From assembly GCA_963765535.1 (NCBI GenBank), contig CAVXWU010000017.1, positions 34,891-98,890 of the forward strand: a DNA stretch of 64,000 bases, read 5' to 3'. This document shows, one piece after another, positions 59,090 to 64,000 of this stretch (positions are counted from its first letter, which is position 1; every line of letters begins with the position of its first letter). The position numbers and the translations under genes were made by a program. The notes below the pieces were generated by a model that saw only the letters and a program-made list of their open reading frames with translations, had not been told where the DNA came from and ran no database searches. Origin of the DNA: an uncultured Verrucomicrobiae bacterium (GTDB taxonomy: Bacteria > Verrucomicrobiota > Verrucomicrobiia > Limisphaerales > JAHDYP01).

Positions 59090-62000
59090 CTACACTCTGA
59101 TTTCTGGATTGCTACCGGGCATTGCCCCAATTATGGCTCCTGGGTTGCGGGTGGGTTCGGGCAGGTGGATGGCTGTGTCCTTCGTCTTCTCACGCTCGAG
59201 TACTTTGTAGAGCGTCGGGAGCATGAACAACGTCAGCAGTGTGGAACTGATGAGTCCGCCGATGACGACAGCGGCGAGCGGCTTTTGAATCTCACTGCCG
59301 GGCCCGGTGGCAAAGAGCAGCGGCACTAGGCCGAGGGCGGCGACGCTCGCCGTGATGAGCACGGGACGCAACCGCAACACAGCCCCTTTGATGACCGCGA
59401 GTTCCACGTTCATGCCTTCGCGCCGGAGTTCGTTGAAATAGCTGACCATTACCACGCCGTTGAGCACGGCCACGCCGAACAGCGCGATGAAGCCGACGCT
59501 GGCGCTCACACTGATGTTGAAGTGACCGACGATCAGCGCGATGATGCCGCCAATCAGCGCGAACGGAATGTTCAGAATGATGAGCAGTGCCTGTTTGACG
59601 GAATTGAACGAGCCGAATAGTAACAGGAAAATCGCCGCGATGGTGATGGGGACAACGATGCTGAACCGTTTCATCGCGCGCTGTTGGTTCTCGAACTGCC
59701 CGCCCCAGGTGATGAAGTAGCCCGGCGGCAGTTTCACGGCGGCGTCAATCTTCGCCTGCGCTTCCTTCACGAAGCCGCCGATGTCGCGGTCAGTCACGTT
59801 GCACTCCACCACGATGCGACGCTGCGCCTGCTCGCGACTGATTTGCGCCGGGCCTTCGGTGACATAGACGTGCGCCAGTTGGCCGAGCGGAATCAACGCG
59901 CCTTGTGGCGACGCAATGAGAATCTGCCGGATGGGCGAAACGTCGCTCCGCGCCGATTCCGGAAAACGCACGGCGAGGCCGAAGACTTTCTGGCCCTCAT
60001 AAACTTTTGTGGCTTCCTTGCCGCCGATGGCCGTTTCGACGACTTCCTGCACATCGGCCACGTTGATGCCGTAGCGGGCGAGTTTATCGCGGTCAATTTC
60101 GATTTGCAGATAGGCCAGGCCGCTAACCTTCTCGATGTTGATGTCCGCCGCGCCGGGCACTTTCGCCAGCACGCGGGCCACGGCTTCGCCCTTGTCCTTC
60201 AACACATCCAGATCGTCGCCAAAGATTTTGATGCCGATGGCGGACTTCACGCCGCTGACCAGTTCGTCCACGCGGAGCGCGATCGGTTGCGAAAAACTCG
60301 ACGCCACGCCGGGCAGTTCCGCCATCGCGTCGCGCATCTTGTCCACCAGTTCGTCTTTGGTCTTTGACGTCGTCCATTCCTCGCGCGGCTTGAGCGTCAC
60401 AATCACGTCGCTGATTTCGATGCCCATGGGATCGGAAGCGATGTCCGCGCGGCCCGTCTTGGAAACCACATCAATGACTTCGGGAAACTGCTTAAGGATT
60501 CTTTCGGCGCGGCCCTGAAGTTCCAACGATTGCGGCAGCGAGATGCTGGGGATGCGGAAAGTCTGCAGGCCAACGCAGCCTTCATCCAGTGCCGGTAAAA
60601 ACTCCGAGCCGATGCGCGGCACGAGCGCGAACGCGCCCGCCAGCGCCAGCACCGCCGGAATCACCACCAACCACGGCCGCCGCACACATGGCTTGAGCAT
60701 CACGAGATAACCGTGTTTCAACCAGCGGATGTGAAACGGGTCATGCTCGTGCGGCACTTGTTTCAGAAAATAGGTGCAGAGCATCGGCACGAACGTCAGC
60801 GAGAGAATCAATGAGCCGAGCAACGCGAATGAAATCGTGAACGCCAGCGGGCTGAACATCTTGCCCTCGAATCCTTCCAGTGTGAACAGCGGCAGGAACA
60901 CCACGATGATGATGAAAATGCCGAACACAATCGGGCGTCCGACTTCCTTCGCCGCGTATAGGACGGTTTCAGTTTTGTCCGCGTGCGCGTGTTGCGTCGC
61001 GGCGTCGGGCTTCTCAGTCAGATGACGATGGATGTTTTCCACCATAACCACCGCGCCGTCCACCATCATGCCAATGCCGATGGCCAGACCACCGAGCGAC
61101 ATGAGATTCGCCGAGAGTCCATACCAACGCATCATAATGAAGGCGAACAACGCCGCCAACGGCAGCACGAGGGTCACGATGATGGCGCTGCGAATATCCG
61201 CCAGCAGCACGATGAGAATGATGAAGACGAATATCGCGCCTTCCTGCAACGCCTTGGTGACGGTGTGAATCGCCTTCTTCACCAGATCGGTGCGGTCGTA
61301 GAACGGCACAAGCTCGACGCCTTTGGGAAGCGCCTTTTGAATCGCGGGCAACTTTTCCTTCACCGCGTTCACCACGTCGCGCCCACTCGCGCCTTTGAGC
61401 ATGAGGACAATTCCCGCGACGGCTTCGCCTTCGCCGTTGGCCGTCACCGCGCCTTGCCGGAGTTCAGAACCGATTTGCACGTCCGCCACGTCGCGCACAT
61501 GAACCGGTGCGTGTTCGTGCGTGGCGACGATGATGTTCTCGATGTCCTTCGTGTCCTTCACCATACCCAGGCCACGCACGACGTATTGCTCCGAGCCGTG
61601 CTCGACGAAGTTGCCGCTCGCGTTGGCGTTGTTCTTTTCCAGCGCCTCAAAGACTTGTTGCAACGTGATGCCGTAGGAAGTCAGCCGGTCGGGTTTGATG
61701 AGCACTTGATACTGTTTCACCTGTCCGCCGAACGAGTTGACATCCGTGACGCCTGGCACGGTGCGCAGAATCGGGCGCACGATGTAGTCCTGGACCGTGC
61801 GCAGTTCGCGCGCATCGTATTTCTTGTCCTTGCTGACGAGCGTGTATTGAAAAATCTCGCCAAGGCCGGTGGTGATCGGCCCAAGCTGGACTTCGACGCC
61901 AGCCGGAAGTTTGTCTTTCGCGCCGGACAGGCGTTCAAACACGAGTTGCCGCGCGAAGTAGTCGTTCACGCCGTCCTCGAAAACCACGGTGATGGCACTC

Positions 62001-62269
62001 AAACCGATTTTGGAAACCGAGCGCACTTCGGTCAGCCTGGGCAAACCGGCGAGTTCAATTTCAATCGGCCGTGTCACCAGCTTTTCCATGTCGGGCGGCG
62101 ACATGCCGCCGGACGTGGCGAGAACTTGCACCTGCACGTTGGTCACGTCGGGGAACGCATCAATCGGAATCTGCCGCAACGAGAGCCAGCCGAAGCCGGT
62201 GAGAATCAAAGTCGCCAGCACGACAAGCAAGCGTTGGCGAACGGAGAAATTGAGGATGGGATTGATCAT
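59090..62269 (-). CDS. czcA: CzcA/CusA heavy-metal RND efflux pump
   Basis: IDAFPDVTN.QV, ANLMSLGGLAIGIGMMVDGAVVMVEN, LRPVLIT, QKPLA.VVIGGL. Confidence 0.93.
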   Translation of the reverse strand: MINPILNFSVRQRLLVVLATLILTGFGWLSLRQIPIDAFPDVTNVQVQVLATSGGMSPPDMEKLVTRPIEIELAGLPRLTEVRSVSKIGLSAITVVFEDGVNDYFARQLVFERLSGAKDKLPAGVEVQLGPITTGLGEIFQYTLVSKDKKYDARELRTVQDYIVRPILRTVPGVTDVNSFGGQVKQYQVLIKPDRLTSYGITLQQVFEALEKNNANASGNFVEHGSEQYVVRGLGMVKDTKDIENIIVATHEHAPVHVRDVADVQIGSELRQGAVTANGEGEAVAGIVLMLKGASGRDVVNAVKEKLPAIQKALPKGVELVPFYDRTDLVKKAIHTVTKALQEGAIFVFIILIVLLADIRSAIIVTLVLPLAALFAFIMMRWYGLSANLMSLGGLAIGIGMMVDGAVVMVENIHRHLTEKPDAATQHAHADKTETVLYAAKEVGRPIVFGIFIIIVVFLPLFTLEGFEGKMFSPLAFTISFALLGSLILSLTFVPMLCTYFLKQVPHEHDPFHIRWLKHGYLVMLKPCVRRPWLVVIPAVLALAGAFALVPRIGSEFLPALDEGCVGLQTFRIPSISLPQSLELQGRAERILKQFPEVIDVVSKTGRADIASDPMGIEISDVIVTLKPREEWTTSKTKDELVDKMRDAMAELPGVASSFSQPIALRVDELVSGVKSAIGIKIFGDDLDVLKDKGEAVARVLAKVPGAADINIEKVSGLAYLQIEIDRDKLARYGINVADVQEVVETAIGGKEATKVYEGQKVFGLAVRFPESARSDVSPIRQILIASPQGALIPLGQLAHVYVTEGPAQISREQAQRRIVVECNVTDRDIGGFVKEAQAKIDAAVKLPPGYFITWGGQFENQQRAMKRFSIVVPITIAAIFLLLFGSFNSVKQALLIILNIPFALIGGIIALIVGHFNISVSASVGFIALFGVAVLNGVVMVSYFNELRREGMNVELAVIKGAVLRLRPVLITASVAALGLVPLLFATGPGSEIQKPLAAVVIGGLISSTLLTLFMLPTLYKVLEREKTKDTAIHLPEPTRNPGAIIGAMPGSNPEIRV

Positions 62270-62832
62270 GAATTGCTCTTCAAAACTGTTTCCGGCGTTC
62301 GCAGCAAACGCATCGCATTGGCAATGACAACGAGCGTTGTGCCAGTGTCGGCGAGAATCGCCAGCCAAAGACTCGTGCGTCCCGTCAGCGCGAGTGCTAG
62401 AAACACGGCCTTCACTCCGAGCGCAAAGGCGATGTTCGCCTGAATGATGTGAACGTTGCGCCAGCCAAGTTGGATGGCCTCGGCCACTTTGCTCAAGTCA
62501 TCTTGCATCAACGCCATGTCCGCCGTTTCCAGTGCCGTGTCCGTGCCCGCCGCGCCCATTGCGATGCCGACACTCGCGGTCGCCATCGCGGGCGCGTCAT
62601 TTACCCCGTCGCCGATCATGCCGACGTTTTTGTGCTGGGACATCAGTTCGCGGACGCGTTCTACTTTCTGTTCCGGGAGCAAATCGCCGAAAGCCTCGTC
62701 AATGCCTGCTGGCTTGGCGATGGCGTCCACGGTGCGCTGATTGTCGCCGTGGAGCACGAGGTTTTCCTTTGCCAGCTCGTGCTCGTGCCCGCCGCAGCGA
62801 TGTCCGCCGTCATGTTTGTGTTCGTCGCTCAT
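62266..62832 (-). pseudogene. Internally deleted heavy-metal P1B-type ATPase (CadA/ZntA-like)
   Basis: His-rich N-terminus fused to GDN...LLPEQK...GDGVNDAPA...GTD.A.ETAD and the last two TMs; no TGE, CPC or DKTGT. Confidence 0.82.
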
Positions 62833-62844
62833 GGATTTCAGCGG

Positions 62845-63783
62845 TCATTCCTCTCCGAGTTGGCCTTTTAGCATTTCGGATTTGAGAACGAAGCTTCCAT
62901 CGGTGACGACATTTTCCCCCGCCTTGACCCCACTGAGAATTTGCACGCGCCCCGATTGCTCCAAGCCCAGCTTCACCACGCGCTTCGCAAACTTGTTGCC
63001 GTCCAGCGCCACGAAGACGATCTGGTCCTCGCCGTCAGTTTGCAGCGCGTTGTCGGGAATCAACAACACGTTGTCGAGAATTGTGGTGACGATCTCCACG
63101 TCGGCGAACATTCCCGGTTTCAAACGCCCGTCCGAATTTTCCACGGCAATGCGGACTTCGATGGTGCGCGAACCAGACTCCACCTGGTTGCCGACCAGAA
63201 TGACTTTGCCGTGAAATTTTTCGTCGGGATACGCCAGCGCCTCAAAGGTTGCGTCCTGGTCTGCCTTCACCGCCGCGATGTCGCGCTCCTTCACCTCCGC
63301 AATGGCCCAAAGCTGGGTGGGGTCGCTGATGGTGTAGATGGTCTTGCTTTTGTCCACCAACTCACCGGTGGTGGCGGCGCGCTCGATAATCACACCCTCA
63401 ATCGGGGCTTTGATATGAAGCTGTTTGCCGAGCAGTTCCGGAGACTCGACCAGCGCCATCACTTCGCCAGCCTTGACGCGGTCATTGAGGTCGAAGCTGA
63501 GCTTGGTCAACCGGCCTTCAAAGGTCGAAGTCACTTTGGCGGTCCTGTTCAAGTTGGCGCTGATACGGCCTGCCGCCTTGAGCGTCGTGCCAAGACTGCT
63601 CAACGTGGCGGGTTCGGTCTTTAACGTGATGTGCTTCAAGTTTTCCGGCGTGAGCGTGACGATGTTTTCATCGTGCTTGGTTTCCGGCTTGGCCTCCGCA
63701 ACGGGTTCGGCTTTATTGCCACAGCCGGCGAGTCCGCCGGCAAGCAGCGCGGCGGTGAACAGTGAAATGATTCGATGGCTCAT
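62845..63783 (-). CDS. czcB: RND periplasmic adaptor (CzcB-like lipoprotein)
   Basis: Lipobox LAGC, IKAPI.G, RT..VR...N.DG.LKPGMF, G...GE.VV.DG. Confidence 0.88.
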   Translation of the reverse strand: MSHRIISLFTAALLAGGLAGCGNKAEPVAEAKPETKHDENIVTLTPENLKHITLKTEPATLSSLGTTLKAAGRISANLNRTAKVTSTFEGRLTKLSFDLNDRVKAGEVMALVESPELLGKQLHIKAPIEGVIIERAATTGELVDKSKTIYTISDPTQLWAIAEVKERDIAAVKADQDATFEALAYPDEKFHGKVILVGNQVESGSRTIEVRIAVENSDGRLKPGMFADVEIVTTILDNVLLIPDNALQTDGEDQIVFVALDGNKFAKRVVKLGLEQSGRVQILSGVKAGENVVTDGSFVLKSEMLKGQLGEE

Positions 63784-63796
63784 GGTGCTGATTCGG

Positions 63797-64000
63797 TTAT
63801 TTGGTGGTGGATGGCTTGGTCTTTTCGAGTTCGTTCAACGGCATTCCCAGCGCCGCTTCGAGCGCGGCCTGCGCGTCATAAAGGCGTTGCAGGGTTTCGT
63901 AGTAGGCGGCTTCCGTGTCGTAATAGGTGCGCTCCGTTTCCAGATAAACGAGGAGCGAGGTGCGGCCCTCGGCGTAACTTTGCGACGCGCTGTCGAGCGC
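63797..64000 (-). CDS. TolC/CzcC outer-membrane factor, C-terminal part (5'-partial)
   Basis: Own translation ...QSYAEGRTSLLVYLETERTY...AQAALEAALG...; directly upstream of czcB. Confidence 0.8.
   Translation of the reverse strand, partial: ALDSASQSYAEGRTSLLVYLETERTYYDTEAAYYETLQRLYDAQAALEAALGMPLNELEKTKPSTTK

Noticed and set aside
47014-59090. Integrative element or prophage explaining the accessory region
   Set aside because: No integrase, tRNA, att-like direct repeats or phage genes found; the lower-GC impression was not quantified

Overview
High-GC bacterial chromosome segment. Gene content, a VPDSG/PEP-CTERM protein, an ECF/STK pair and the repeat types point to Verrucomicrobiota (Limisphaerales/Pedosphaera-like); this assignment is inference. 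About 1-47 kb is mostly housekeeping: asd, ferritin, sppA, nadC-birA-coaX, nnr, adk, fmt, lemA-htpX, a heme-copper oxidase cluster with a frameshifted subunit III, uxaC-like, phoA, 6S RNA-rarA-ygfA-rny and pdxH. A small relic of defence-island gene fragments sits at 24-26 kb. About 47-59 kb is an accessory, partly decayed region of secreted proteins (Kelch, S1 protease, PEP-CTERM) around an ECF sigma and a Ser/Thr kinase-FGE module. About 59-64 kb is a czcCBA-type efflux operon containing a collapsed P-type ATPase. Most notable: a 272-bp TWA-targeting MITE (2 full copies, 1 partial), a shared C-terminal '...F[YF]RL' domain on three unrelated secreted proteins, a probable type-1 copper protein and a CxxC mini-protein in the oxidase cluster, and four genes collapsed by internal deletions. 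No CRISPR array, tRNA, rRNA, integrase or reverse transcriptase was seen. All calls come from motif recognition by eye; no database searches were run.
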